Assembly (NCBI RefSeq): GCF_963921235.1
Contig: NC_086108.1
Coordinates: 75,828,001-75,892,000, forward strand
Reading direction: 5' to 3'
Source: Mobula hypostoma
Lineage: Eukaryota
Length of the DNA: 64,000 bases
Positions within the stretch are counted from its first letter, which is position 1. Each line of letters begins with the position of its first letter. The notes under the pieces were generated by a model that saw only the letters and a list, made by a program, of their open reading frames with translations, searched no databases and was not told where the DNA came from. Positions 1 through 12,145 of this stretch are shown here, piece after piece. The position numbers and the translations under genes are program-made.

Positions 1-3000
1 CCTGGGGGAAGCGGCAGTGGTCATGCCTCTGGCACAGAGTCTGGCCCTGTGGCTCAGAAGGGTAGGGAAAGGAAGAGGAAGGCAGTAGTGATAGGGGACT
101 CTATAGTTAGGGGGTCCGACAGGTGATTCTCTGGACGCAGGAAAGAAACTTGGATGGTAGTTTGCCCCCCAGGTGCCGGGGTCAGGGAAGTTTCACATCA
201 CATCCAAGATATCCTGTAGTGGGAGGGAGAACAGCCAGAGGTCATGGTACATATTGGTACCAATGACATAGGTAGGAAAAGGGAAGCGGTCCTGAAAAAA
301 TAATACAAAGAGTTAAGAAGGAAGTTGAGAAGCAGGACTGCAAAGGTAGTAATCTCGGGATTGCTGCCTGTGCCACGCAACAGTGAGAATAGGAATAGAA
401 TGAGGTGGAGGATAAATGCGTGGCTGAAGGATTGAAGCAGGGGGCAGGGATTCAGATTTCTGGATCATTGGGACCTCTTTTGGGGCAGGTGTGACCTGTA
501 CAAAAAGGACGGGTTGCACTTGAATCCCAGGGGGACCAATATCCTGGCGGGGAGGTTGGCTAAGGCTACTGGGGAGAGTTTAAACTAGAATTGTAGGGGG
601 TTGGGAACTGAATTCAAGAGACTGGGGAAAAGGAGGTTGGCTCACAAATAGAGAAAGCTTGTAGACAGTGCGAGAAGGAGGGTAGGCAGGTGATAGAGAA
701 GGAGAGAAGGGACGCGCTCAGACCAAAGGTTTGAGATGCGTTTATTTTAAAGCAAGGAGTGTTGTGAACAAAGGCGGATGAGCTTAGAGTGTGGATCAGT
801 ACTTGGAGATACGATGTGCTGGCCATTACAGAGACTTGGATGGCTCAGGGACAGGAATGGTTACTTCATGTGCCGGGTTTTAGATGTTTCAGAAAGGACA
901 GGGAGGGAGGCAAAAGAGGTGGGGGCATGGCACTGTTGATCAGAGATAGTGTCACGGCTGCAGAAAAGGTGGACGCCATGGAGGGATTGTCTACGGAGTC
1001 TCTGTGGGAGGAGGTTAGGAACAGGAAGGGGTCAATAACTTTACTGGGTGTTTTTTATAGGCCACCCAATAGTAACAGGGATATCCAGGAGCAGATAGGG
1101 AAACAGATCCTGGAAGGGTGTAATAGTAACAGAGTTGCCGTGCTGGGCCATTTTAATTTCATAAATATCAATTAGCATCTCCCTAGAGCAAGGTGTTTAG
1201 ATGGGGTGGGGTTTGTTAGGTGTGTTCAGGAAATTTTCTTGACACAATGTGTAGATAAGCTTACAAGAGGAGAGGCTGTACTTGATTTGGTATTGGGAAA
1301 TGAACCTGGTCAGGTGTCAGATCTCTCAGTGGGAAAGCATTTTGATCATATTGGAGTAAGGGGAATTATGAGACTATCAGGCAGGAACTTGGAAGCATAA
1401 ATTGGAAACAGATATACTCAGGGAAACATACGGAAGAAGTGTGGCAAATGTTCAGGGGATATTTGAGTGGAGTACTGCATAGGTATGTTCCAATGAGACA
1501 GGGAAGTTATGGTAGGGTACAGGAACCATGGTGTACAAAGGCTATAATAGACCTAGTCAAGAAGAAAAGAAAAGCTTACAAAAGGTTCAGAGAGCTAGGT
1601 AATGTTAGAGATCTAGAAGATTATAAGGCTAATAGGAAGGAGTGTAAGAAGGAAATTAGGAGCGCCAGAAGGGGCCATGAGAAGGCCTTGGCGGGCAGGA
1701 TTAAGGAAAACCCCAGTGCATTCGACAAGTATGTGAAGAGCAAGAGGATAAGACGTGAAAGAATAGGACCTATCAGGTGCGACAGTGGGAAATTGTGTAT
1801 GGAACCGGAGGAAATAGCAGAGGTACTTAATGAATACTTTACTTCAGTATTCACTATGGAAAAGGATCTTGGTGATTGTAGTGATGACTTGCAGCAGACT
1901 GAAAAGCTTGAGCATGTAGATATTAAGAAAGAGGATGTGCTGGAGCTTTTAGAAAGCATCAAGTTGGATAAGTCGCCGGGACCGGATGAGATGTACCCCA
2001 GGCTACTGTAGGAGGCGAGGGAGGAGATTGCTGAGCCTCTGGCGATGATCTTTGCATCATCAGTGGGGACGGGAGAGGTTCCAGAGGATTGGAGGGTTGC
2101 AGATGTTGTTTCTTTATTCAAAAAAGGGAGTAGAGATAGCCCAGGAAATTATAGACCAGTGAGTCTTACCTCAGTGGTTGGTAAGTTGATGGAGAAGATC
2201 CTGAGAGGCAGGATTTATGAACATTTGGAGAGTTATAATGTGATTAGGAATAGTCAGCATGGCTTTGTCAAGGGCAGGTCATGCCTTACGAGCCTGATTG
2301 AATTTTTTGAGGATGTGAGTAAACACATTGATGAAGGAAGAACAGTAGATGTAGTGTATATGAATTTCAGCAAGGCATTTGATAAGGTACCCCATGCAAG
2401 GCTTATTGAGAAAATAAGGAGGCATGGGATCCATGGGGACATTGCTTTGTGGATCCAGAACTGGCTTGTTCACAGAAGGCAAAGAGTGGTTGTAGACGGA
2501 TCATATTCTGCATGGAGGTCGGTCACCAGTGGAGTGCCTCAGGGATCTGTTCTGGGACCCTTACTTTTCGTGATTTTTATAAATGACCTGGATGAGGAAG
2601 TGGAGGGATGGGTTAGTAAGTTTGCTGAAGACACAAAAGTTGGAGGTGTTGTGGATAGTGTGGAGGGCTGTCAGAAGTTACAGCAGAACATTGATAGGAT
2701 GCAAAACTGAGCTGAGAAGTGGCAGATGGAGTTCAACCCAGATAAGTGTGAAGTGGTTCATTTTGGTAGGTCAAATATGATGGCAGAATATATGGTAAGA
2801 CTCTTGGTAGTGTGGAGGATCGGAGGGATCTTAGGGTCTGAGTCCATAGGACGCTCAAAGCAGCTGCGCAGGTTGACTATGCAGTTAAGAAGGCGTACGG
2901 TGTATTGGCCTTCATCAATCGTGGAATTGAATTTAGGAGCCGAGAGGTAATGTTGCAGCTATATAGGACCCTGGTCAGACCCCACTTGGAGTACTGTGCT

Positions 3001-3520
3001 CAGATCTGGTTGCCTCACTACAGGAAGGATGAGGAAGCCATAGAAAGGGTGCAGAGGAGATTTACAAGGATGTTGCCTGGATTGGGGAGCGTGCCTTATG
3101 AAAACAGGTTCAGTGAACTCGGCCTTTTCTCCTTGGAGCGACGGAGGATGAGAGGTGACCTGATAGAGGTGTATAAGATGATGAGAGACATTGATTGTGT
3201 GGATAGTCAGAGGCTTTTTCCCAGGGTTGAAATGGTTGCCACAAGAGGACACAGGTTTAAGGTGCTGGGGAGTAGGTACAGAGGAGATGTCAAGGGTAAG
3301 TTTTTTACGCAGAGAGTGGTGAGTGCGTGGAATGGGCTGCCGGCAACGGTGATGGAGGCGGATATGATAGAGTCTTTTAAGAGACTTTTAGATAGGTACA
3401 TGGAGCTCAGAAAAATAGAGGGCTATAGGTAAGCCTAGTAATTTCTAAGGTAGGGACATGTTCGGCACAACTTTGTGAGCCAAAAGGCCTGTAATGTGCT
3501 GTAGGTTTTCTATGTTTCTA
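1..3520 (+). mobile_element. CR1-clade LINE, 5' end outside window: ORF1 esterase remnant (1-~585), disrupted ORF2 (AP endonuclease + RT, ~720-3432) and 3' tail
   Basis: ORF1 reads AVVIGDSIVRG (GDSL/SGNH-like). ORF track shows APE motifs (AITETW, GVFYRPPN) and RT motifs (NYRPVSLTS, SQHGF, FSKAFDKVPH, GVPQGSVLGP, KFAEDTK), then a CR1 C-terminus (RPHLEYC, WNGLP). Several stops and frameshifts. Confidence 0.95.
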
Positions 3521-3776
3521 AATTTCTTTAGCCAGAGGGTGGTGAAATTGTGGAATTTGTTACCACGGGCAGCTTTGGAGGCCAGATCGATGGGTGTATT
3601 TAAGGCAAAGCTTGATAGGTTCTTGATTGGACATGGCATCAAAGGTTACAGGAAGAAGCCCGGGGAACGAGGTTGAGGAAGAGAAAAAAGGATCAGCCAT
3701 GATTGAATGATGGTGCAGACTCGATGGGTCAAATGGCCTAATTCTGCTCCTTTGTTTTATGGTCTTATGGTCTTAT
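3521..3776 (+). mobile_element. CR1 3'-end fragment (second subfamily)
   Basis: Encodes NFFSQRVVKLWNLLP...FKAKLDRFL and ends in TATGGTCTTATGGTCTTA. Confidence 0.85.
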
Positions 3777-5128
3777 CTTGGTCTGTCTGCATTTTGCAAG
3801 ATAAGTGAATCATATTTGCTGCCTTCTAAGCTACAGGAAACATTCCAGAGTGTTAAGAATTTTAGAGTTTGATAACCTGAGTAATTACTATCTCCACTGC
3901 AGATTCGGGATGTAGGTCTTTGGGATTTATTGGTTTCTATTCTTTATATTTTTATTTTTCTTCCTTTGTAATACCAATTTCTTTAAATCTTCCATCAGAC
4001 AGGGCCTTTAATATTCAACTTTTCTTGGAGTTTTTTTGGAATCTTTTTTAATGAAGACAGATTTTGTTTAATTTCTCTGCCAGTTCTCTCCTTTTGTGTA
4101 ATAAACAGCTGTGCAATTGGGGATTTCTCATTCCTTAGGCATTGCTGGGATCCAGCATATCAATGGAGAAAGTGACCTTAAAGAAGTTTATGAAGTGCAA
4201 GCCTTTCATCCATTGCTGTGTTTCGAGGAGGCCCTGCTGTTCTTGTTCAGAGGCAAATTGGTATTGTATAAATGAGGTGTCATTTATTGAACCTCACAAA
4301 CTCCAGCAAGGGCAAGGATGGAAGGAACTAGTATGTGTAATGAGTAGGATATGGCCAAGAATAAATTGACCAAATCTTATCCATGTTTTCTATCTTTTGC
4401 ATTTAACTAGTGCTAATAAATGCAATTTATTAAATTAAAACACATTCACACACTTATTCTTAGTATTTCAGAAGTTGCAAACTGCCGCAGTTTTCTTGTT
4501 CCATCTTACAATCATATGGATGGCCTATTTTGGACATACTGAAAAGCATAGACTTGCACAAATCTGTGCCACTGTTGATAGTTGCTCTTGGAACTAATTC
4601 AATGCCATGAATTTGTGAGGCTGTACAACAGACCAACTTACTAAAAAATGGTGATTGCCAAGAACATTATATCTAGTAAGCCTAAGAAAATATCATTTGA
4701 TATGGCACATCCCTGGTGGAGGAGGCCAGGAAGCAAGAAGTGGGGAATGGCAGGTGCCCCATGGTGACTTTACTGATTCGGCTAAATGGGAAACCCACAG
4801 AATCTATGGGCAAGAATTAAGGGAGGGGGTGAATTCCCAAAGCTGACACCTAGTCTAGAATGGATCTGACTTGAATACTTACTTACTTCTTGCAATTAGG
4901 TAAAGTAAACGTGGATGAAATGAATTTAATAATTGACACAAGAGTTCACCAGAACCAAAAATAAGATATGAAAGTTAGACTTCTTGAAAAAGAACATAGA
5001 AACTAAAAACTAACTAACCATTGAGAAGCACAGAAGGAGGTGTGTTCTTCTATGTAGTTTAGTTTTTTTAGTCCAACGCTATGTTATGTGTCCACGTCAT
5101 AAACCACTGCTCATCTAACACTGAGTGA

Positions 5129-5390
5129 CAAAGGAAAGGTACGTCTCACCCTTAGTTTCTCCGGTTAGCGGACAATTTCCTTCCACGCCTCTCTGATGTC
5201 ATGGGGAACCGCGTACGAGGCAAGTTACAGCAGTGGTTTGCCATTGCCTTCTGCCGAGTGAGTTTCCAAAGTGATTACCAGCTCATAACCCAGCACGGAT
5301 GGAAAGCATGCAGGGGAGCTGGCTGGATTCGAACCCAGGACCTTTCGTCCCGAAGTCCGACGCTGATGCCACTACGCCACCAGCTGGGTC
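5129..5390 (-). mobile_element. tRNA-derived SINE with RTE/BovB-like segment
   Basis: Minus-strand A box TGGCGTAGTGG (5379-5369) and B box GGTTCGAATCC (5335-5325); body has GAAGGCAATGGCAAACCACT; 12-bp TSD AA(C/T)ACTGAGTGA at 5117-5128 and 5391-5402. Confidence 0.8.
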
Positions 5391-5856
5391 AATACTGAGT
5401 GAATTTCACCAAAGTAACTGTAAACAATTTCATTGTGAAACAAGGGGTAAATCTTACAGTAATTATGTTGAAATGTGACTCAAAGAATTTCAGAATATAT
5501 AGTTTTGGTGAAGCTGGAAGAAAATTTAATTTAGTGCTTTAATTCATTATCATTGATGTTCAAGATTCTAACAAAGTAAAGCTTCCAAAAGCATGCAGAT
5601 TAATATGGTGTTTAAGAAGTAAATGTTAGGATATCCATCAAATTCTAAATGACCACCAGGGGATTGAAACATTTTTTTGTGGAAGTGCCTAATAGAGCCA
5701 CATGATGAATGGAAGTTCAGAAAGAAAAAGGGGTAAATTTTAAATTTAATCATAATTGATCAGTAAAGAAACATAGAACATAGAAGCAAAAAGGGACATT
5801 CAGTCCTTCAAGGCTTTTTAACATGATCAGGACCAATCATCCAATATATATATATA

Positions 5857-6496
5857 CAGTTGAAGTCAGAAGTTTACATACACCTTAGCCAAATATGTTT
5901 AAACTCAGTTTTTCACAATTCCTGACATTTAATCCTAGAAAACATTCCCTGTCTTAGGTCAGTTAGGATCACTACTTTATTTTAAGAATGTGATATGTCA
6001 GAATAATAGTAGAGAGAATGATTTATTTCAGCTTTTATTTCTTTCATCACATTCCCAGTGCGTCAGAAGTTTACATACACTTTGTTAGTACTTGGTAGCG
6101 TTGCCTTTAAATTGTTTAACTTGGGTCAAACATTTTGGGTAGCCTTCCACAAGCTTCTCACAGTCAGTTGCTGGAATTTTGTTCCATTCCTCCAGACAGA
6201 ACTGGTCTAACTGAGTCAGGTTTGTAGGTCTCCTTGCTTGCACACGCTTTTTCAGTTCTGCCCACAAATTTTCTATCAGATTGAGTTCTGAAAATTATGT
6301 CAAGTCTGGTTCATCCTTGGGAGCAATTTCCATATGCCTGAAGGTATCGTGTTCATCTGTACAAACAATAGTAGGCAAGTGTAAACACCATGGGACCACG
6401 CAGCTGTCATACTGCTCAGGAAGGAGACGCATTCTGTCTCCTAGAGGTGAACGTACTTTGGCGCAAAAAGTGCAAATCAATCCCAGAACAACAGCA
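5857..6496. mobile_element. Sleeping Beauty/salmonid-type Tc1 transposon remnant, rearranged
   Basis: TA followed by CAGTTGAAGTCAGAAGTTTACATACAC outer DR; inner DR at ~6053-6081; transposase C-terminus on minus (WAELKKRVQARRPTNLTQL...VKQFKGNATKY*, 6085-6267); N-terminal paired-like domain on plus (KSGSSLGAIS...VQINPRTTA, ~6302-6496). Confidence 0.92.
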
Positions 6497-7572
6497 TATC
6501 CTAAGGCCTTTGATTCTAGACTCTCCATCTATTGGAGCATCCTTTCTGTATCTAGGCTATCTTGTCTTGTTGGAATTTATGTGTTCCTATGGGATCCCTG
6601 CTTACTCTTTTGTACCGCAGAAAATACAGGCCAAACTAATCTGATCTCTGATTGTATTACTCCTACCTCTGCAGCAATTATCCAAGTAAAATTCTGTTCC
6701 ACTTTCTTCATGGCAAGAACACCCTTCACAGATTTCTAGATGGAATGTTATCAAGATCTAGTACAGTTGCAAGACATCATTGCTCTGGTATTCAAATACT
6801 TCTGCAAAGAAGGTCAATGCTCCATGTGCCATCCTAATTTTTGCTACACGTGAATGTTTGCTTTAAGCAGATGATGCACAAAGGCACTTTTTGTTACTCC
6901 ATGTCTTTTTCAAATGTGTCACCATTTAGATACGAATCTACTTTTCTGGTCTTCAAATCAGTGTAGGTCATCTCAAATTAATCTAAGTCAAACTACATCA
7001 ATCATACATTTGCACACTCACCCAATTTTCCTAAATCATGTTGTAGTCTCTTTGCATCTTCCTCACAGCTCAAGAAAGCTGCACCTCCCAGGACTCCATG
7101 GCTCAGAGCAGATGGTCATGCAATATGGGAAGGTTGGCCAGTCTGGTCAGGACTACTACTCAGAGTTAGAGAAAAATTTAGGCATTGGCAGAATGCATTG
7201 TCAAAGTTAGTACTGAAGCAGTGATAATGTCAATTCTTAAGGCTAAATTGTATAGATTTCTGAAGGAAAGGAAGGTAAAGGAATACAAGAATGGTTATAT
7301 GATCTTATTAAGATTACGTTCATTCCTCAACTACTGATTTGTATCATTGGATCATTACAATGGGTAATTCTTTTTAATTCTAAGTGATAACATTGTTTTC
7401 ATATTAGTTATTTGCAGTAGAAATTGCCTATTCTATATTTTTAAAGATATTCAGGTCAGGTTTAGCATAGAGAATCATGAATTATTCAGTATAGTTTAAT
7501 GGACTGTGGGAAGCATATTAAAAAACTAAGCTCAAATTTTCAGAATGTTCTTAGTTATCAGAAGACAAAGGG

Positions 7573-7820
7573 TGTTGTGTATTTAATATTTCAGTAATAT
7601 TTGAGTAGTATTGTGAGCATATTGTTTGATTAAGCATTCTTTGTTCTTTAAATAATTCAATACAGTTCATATGTAAAAGTACGTGAATGGCATACATCAT
7701 CATGCCACCACATCATACATGCATACTTTACTTCAAGTAAAAGAAAGCTAAGATATGCATTCCCAGCTCCATATTTTCGTTTCCAATTAGTTTTGTGTTC
7801 TGGGGTTTCAAAACATAACA
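7573..7820 (+). mobile_element. Solo LTR, same family as the LTRs at 18152-18401 and 20558-20811
   Basis: TGTTG...TAACA termini; resembles the reverse complement of the two LTRs over its length. Confidence 0.8.
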
Positions 7821-8323
7821 GATGGAACGCAGTTACAGTAATGCCAAGTGCTAAGGTTTGTAAACTAATTTGAATAGAATAAATAAAAATGGTAGTAATA
7901 TTTACTAATTCTATGCACAGATGGAGGGAAAGGACAGGATTAATTGAAATGCAGTTTTTATTCTTCTGTGAAAAACAAAATCAAAATATACTTAACTTTA
8001 GGAATGGTTTAAAACTTGCCGACAAATTAGCATGTTGGTAACCAGTGCTACGGTGTTTCTCTCCATAAAATCCATTCAATGACACGGGTATTTCTTTCAT
8101 TTTAAACTGCTAAATCAACTTTTGTAAAACTATCTGAGAGGCGATTTTAATTTTTTTTAGATTAACTCTCTAAAATAATAAATCAACATCAAACAGAAAG
8201 CTCCAATGTACAAGAAGAGCACATGGTCATATCATCTTCTGTTGTGTAAAAATAGAAAATACTGGAACCACTCAGCAGGTCAGGCAGCATATGTATGGGG
8301 AGAAACAGGGTTAACATTCTAGA

Positions 8324-8460
8324 TGAGAAAATCTGCAGATGCTGGAAATCCAAGCAACACACAGAAAATGCTGGAGGAACTCAGCAGGCCAGGCAGCATC
8401 TACAGAAAAGAGTAAACAATCGACATTTCAGGCTGAGACCCTTGTGTGTGTTGCCTCACG
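8324..8460 (-). mobile_element. Short PLE terminal-repeat insertion
   Basis: CTGCAGATGCTGGAAATCC...GCTGGAGGAACTCAGCAGG motif shared with other PLE ends; flanked by duplicated TTCTAGAT. Confidence 0.7.
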
Positions 8461-9934
8461 TTCTAGATAACAATCATTCAGATTTTCAGTATTTGTATTT
8501 CCATTTGTTTTCTGAGTCTCTAATGTGCATAGTTAGATTTCAACATACTTCTTACTTGCTTTTTCATGGGACTCTTCTCTCATAGCAAAAGCAGTAGAGT
8601 CCTTTGTCCACATGAGGACAAATTAGACTCATTTAATGCTACTAATAGTATCATTAGGAGAGGTTGAGATAAATTGTTTGAAGTGATGCGCTTCTATTTC
8701 ACCATGTCATGAAGTCAAATGTTACATGTGTTTTGTCAATGAGCTTGATTACAAGAGTTGCATTAGCAACTCTTTTTTACACAACAAAAAGAGACCATTG
8801 CATGCAGCTTAGTGTTATTATATCAATCTAAGGCTCTGCCACAGTCTTGCTCTATCAGTGATTCTTGGTTCAAATTTTAAACGATTTAAAGTTAACATTT
8901 TATTTTTGGAGCACCTATGGTCACTTATTTTTGTAGCACAGGAGTTATCTGGAATGTCCTGCTCCCTGCCACTTGGATTCTTTATCCCATTCCCATTCTG
9001 ACCTACCTGCATATGGCCTTTTGCACTGCAGTAATGTGTCCAAAGCTTGAGGAACTTTGGATACAATCATCTTCTGTCAGATCACAGTGCAACCTTCTGG
9101 AGTCAATATGGAATTCACCAACTTTATGTAACTCATTCTTTCAACCCATCTGTATCAGAAATGGCCACTTCTGCTTTCATTATTTTGGCCGTGATTTCCT
9201 CTTGGTATTAGTATAGTGTGGCCTGCTTGCCTAGTCCCACAGCCCAACTAATAGCTATACAGACAAATAAGTGTACTGAGCTCTGCCACACTAAATCATC
9301 TGAGCTCATCTCTATGTTTGCTACATTCCTACTCCATGTTCTTCGTTACTGAAAACTAACCTGTTTTCTTTCTTCACAATCAAGAAAAAATCTGTAGATG
9401 CTTAAAACCAAAGTAATACACACAAAATGTTTTCTCCCTTTCCCAGTTATGATGAAGGGTCTTAAAGGTCTTAAAAATGAACATTTTCTCCATCAGTAGA
9501 TACTGCCTGAACTGCTGTGTGTTCTCAACATTTTCTGGTTTTTATTTCAGATTTGCAGCATATGCAGAATTTTTGCTGATCATTCTGTTTGGAAATAAGA
9601 TGAAGAAAGTTGTGCTACAAAACAACAAGAATCTCATTTGTCCTCATTTTTGTAGCAGGAATTAATTTACTAATTTCTAAATAAATACAATTAAGTAGAA
9701 AATTTCTGCACTAGGTGGCAGTCTATTCTATAGCAACAACTTGTGTGAAGTTACGTTAATCTTGGCTTGAATCTCTATTACCAAATAATTGCGCCATTTG
9801 GGACTTTGATTTGATTCAAGTTCTTCCTTTTGGTTTTTTTCAATTTGTTCATTATATAAAAAAACTTTAATTCTTTTACTCCCAATTCAAAAATGGTTTT
9901 GATTCCATGGTCTTATCATTGTTTAATTTCATTA

Positions 9935-10140
9935 CAGAGGCATGAGAGAGGAACTGGCCAAAGTTAATTGGGAGGGGACACTAACAGAGATGATGGCAAA
10001 ACAGCAATGGCTGGAGTTAATGGGGGCAATTCAGAAGGTGCAGGATAGATACATTCCAAAGATGAAGCAGTTTTCTAAATGGAGGATGAGGAAACCATGG
10101 CTGACAAGGAAAGTCAAAGAAAAAGAAAAGGCATATAATA
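9935..10140 (+). mobile_element. CR1 ORF2 internal fragment
   Basis: MREELAKVNWE...QDRYIPK...KPWLTRKVK matches CR1 linker region seen at 27140-27400. Confidence 0.75.
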
Positions 10141-11197
10141 TAAGGGGTTGCTCCTCCACTCTGAGAGTAGCTTTGTCATGACAGAGGAAGAGGCCATGGA
10201 CCGATATGTCGGAAGGGGAATAGGGATAGGAATTAAAATGGTTGGTCACCAGGATATTTCACTTATTGTGGATGCAGCGGAGATGCTTGACAAAGCAGTC
10301 CCCCATTTTAAGTCCTATCTCACCAATGCAGAGGAGGCCACATTGGGAGCACTGGATAGTAGGCAATCCCAGCAGATTCACAGGTAAAGTGTTGCCTCAC
10401 TTGGAATAACTGTTTGGGGCCCTAATGGATGTCTGGGAGGAGGTGAATAGGCAAGTGTAGCATTTCTATCACTTGAAGGGATACATGCCAGGAGGGAGAT
10501 TAGTGGGGAGGGACAAATGGACAAGAGAATCACAGAGGGAGCGATTCCTACAGAAAGAGGAAAGTTGGGGGGGGAGGTAATGGTGTGTTTGGTGATAAGA
10601 TCCCACTGAAGATGGCAGAAGTTGCATAGAGCGATGTGTTGGATGTAGAGGTTCATGGGGTGGTAGGTGAGGACAAGAGGAACTCTATCCTGGATTGCAA
10701 CACACACAAAATGCTGGAGGAACTCAGCAGGCCAGTCCTGATGAAGGATCTCGGCTTGAAACATCAATTGCTTACTCTTTTCCATAGATATTGCCTGGCT
10801 GCTGAGTTCCTCCAGCATTTTGTGTGTGTTGCTTGGATTTCCAACTTCTGCAGATTTTTTCATGTTTGTACTTCTACCCCTGACAGTTTGTTTCCTGAGA
10901 TGGAGACAGATAGATTGAGAAAGGGGGGGGAGGTGTCAGGTTTGGACCAAGTGAATTTAAGGGCAGTGTGGAAGTTGGAAGCGAAGCTGATGAAGTTGAT
11001 GAGCACAACATGGGTGTATGAAGAAACATAAATGCAGTCCTCAATGTAGCCCAGAAAAAGTTGGGGAGCATTACCGAGTAAGGATAAGAATATGGACTGT
11101 TTCATGTAGCCAACAAAAATGCAGGAAAAGCTGGGGCCCATGCACGTGCCCGTGGCTACCCCTTGAGTTTGGAGAAAGTGGGAGGAACAAGAGGAGA
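10141..11197 (-). mobile_element. Penelope-like element, 3' part (RT motifs to GIY-YIG region), decayed; contains a small inverted PLE insertion at ~10697-10867
   Basis: Minus ORFs HFLQTQGVATGTCMGPSFSCIFVGY, FLGYIEDC, FHTALKFTWS, DRVPLVLTYHP. Confidence 0.85.
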
Positions 11198-11418
11198 TGC
11201 AGCGGCTGCTCAAACAAACTAAGCATTTGGAAACTATGCACGGGAAGGTTAATCCTGTGTGATGCATCTTCTGATCCAATCTAATAATAAGGTTTCAAAA
11301 GTCGAAAGTATTTAATCTTTTATTGAGAAACTAGCAAAACAAACAATCTTGAAGCAATAAAACTAATGCAACTAAAACTGGCGACATAACAAAATATATA
11401 GTTTTAGCTTATTAAACC

Positions 11419-11542
11419 TACTTGTTACATACAACTTTTAGGACACATTCTCCAGATACTTTTTAGGTAACTGTAGCCTTCAGCCAGGAGCAGATATCAT
11501 CAGGTGGTTCCCAACCTTCACAGAGTGTTTCGACCATTAACA
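11419..11542 (-). repeat. HERO 3' copy of ~124-bp terminal direct repeat
   Basis: Aligns by eye with 15496-15620 (shared CCTTCAGCCAGGAGCAGAT.TCATCAGGTGGTTCCCAACCTTCAC.GAGTGTTTCGACC.TTAAC). Confidence 0.92.
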
Positions 11543-11551
11543 ACGACACTC
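11490..11551 (-). ncRNA. Candidate permuted hammerhead-like ribozyme in HERO terminal repeat
   Basis: Minus RNA GAGUG-UC-GUUGUU-AAUGGUC-GAAA-CACUC-(13 nt)-AACCAC-CUGAUGA-UAUCU; stem III perfect, stem I 5/6, stem II weak. Confidence 0.45.
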
Positions 11552-11784
11552 CAGTTGGTGCGCTGACAGTGGTGGCCAAATCACTGCCCAACTGCTCCTG
11601 GCTTCCAGCTTCCCTCTTCTCGCCCACTCCCAATCCAACGAGAGGCTCGTTCTGCCTCTTCCCCCATCCTACGAGCTGCTTGTTTTTCACTCCTTTCATC
11701 CAGGCCGAGCTGACAACAACCGCCATGCTGATTTGACTGGGAAACCTCTGCAGCCGATCTCCACAGGGAACAACCATGCCTGCC

Positions 11785-12145
11785 TACCCAGAAGAAGTTT
11801 AAATCTTCCCTTCGTTGGGAGTTCAGTGGGACCCTTTCTCACTGCTCCCCCTCTGTGATCTCCGCCTCTCTCCAACTCTTCGACCAGATCCTGACCCAGA
11901 CCCGCTACCACAGCCACGTCCCCTTCCTGGGCACTGGGCACTGGGCACCTACCAGCCTTCTCCTTCCTACCCTCCCCCCACCTTCTTTATAGGGCCTCTG
12001 CTCCTTCCCTCTTCAGTCCTGATGAAGGGTTCCGGCCCGAAACATTGACTGATCATTTCCACAGATGCTGCCCGACCCGCTGAGTTCCTCCAGTGTGTTG
12101 TGAGTGTTGCTTTGACCCCAGCATCTGCAGAGTATTTTGTGTTTA
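11785..12145 (+). mobile_element. PLE terminal-repeat fragment inserted in the HERO endonuclease coding region
   Basis: 10-bp TSD CATGCCTGCC at 11775-11784 and 12146-12155; removing it restores CKDKEWQAWLFPVEIGCRGF. Confidence 0.9.
12014..12051 (+). ncRNA. Minimal type I hammerhead motif of PLE terminal repeat
   Basis: CAGTC-CTGATGA-A-GGG ttccgg CCC-GAAAC-ATT-GACTG: stems I and II intact, stem III ACGT decayed to ACAT. Confidence 0.75.

Noticed and set aside
1621..2482. Antisense ORFs over CR1 RT (and similar at 22576-23035, 26089-27489, 61872-62135)
   Set aside because: Shadow frames of LINE coding sequence
5320..5390. tRNA gene (also 25400-25467 and 28790-28856)
   Set aside because: A/B boxes are followed by SINE bodies, with no proper acceptor stem or terminator
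11490..11540. Reading the HERO repeat as a conventional type II hammerhead (GAAA-CAC-loop-GUG, GGUU/AACC stem I)
   Set aside because: That fold puts A rather than U at 16.1 and leaves no NUH site; only the permuted pairing with upstream GAGUGUC supplies the core
12013..12145. C-terminus of ORF 12013..12849 (CKHKILCRCWGQ...) as part of the HERO protein
   Set aside because: It is read-through into the inserted PLE fragment; the true frame resumes beyond the TSD
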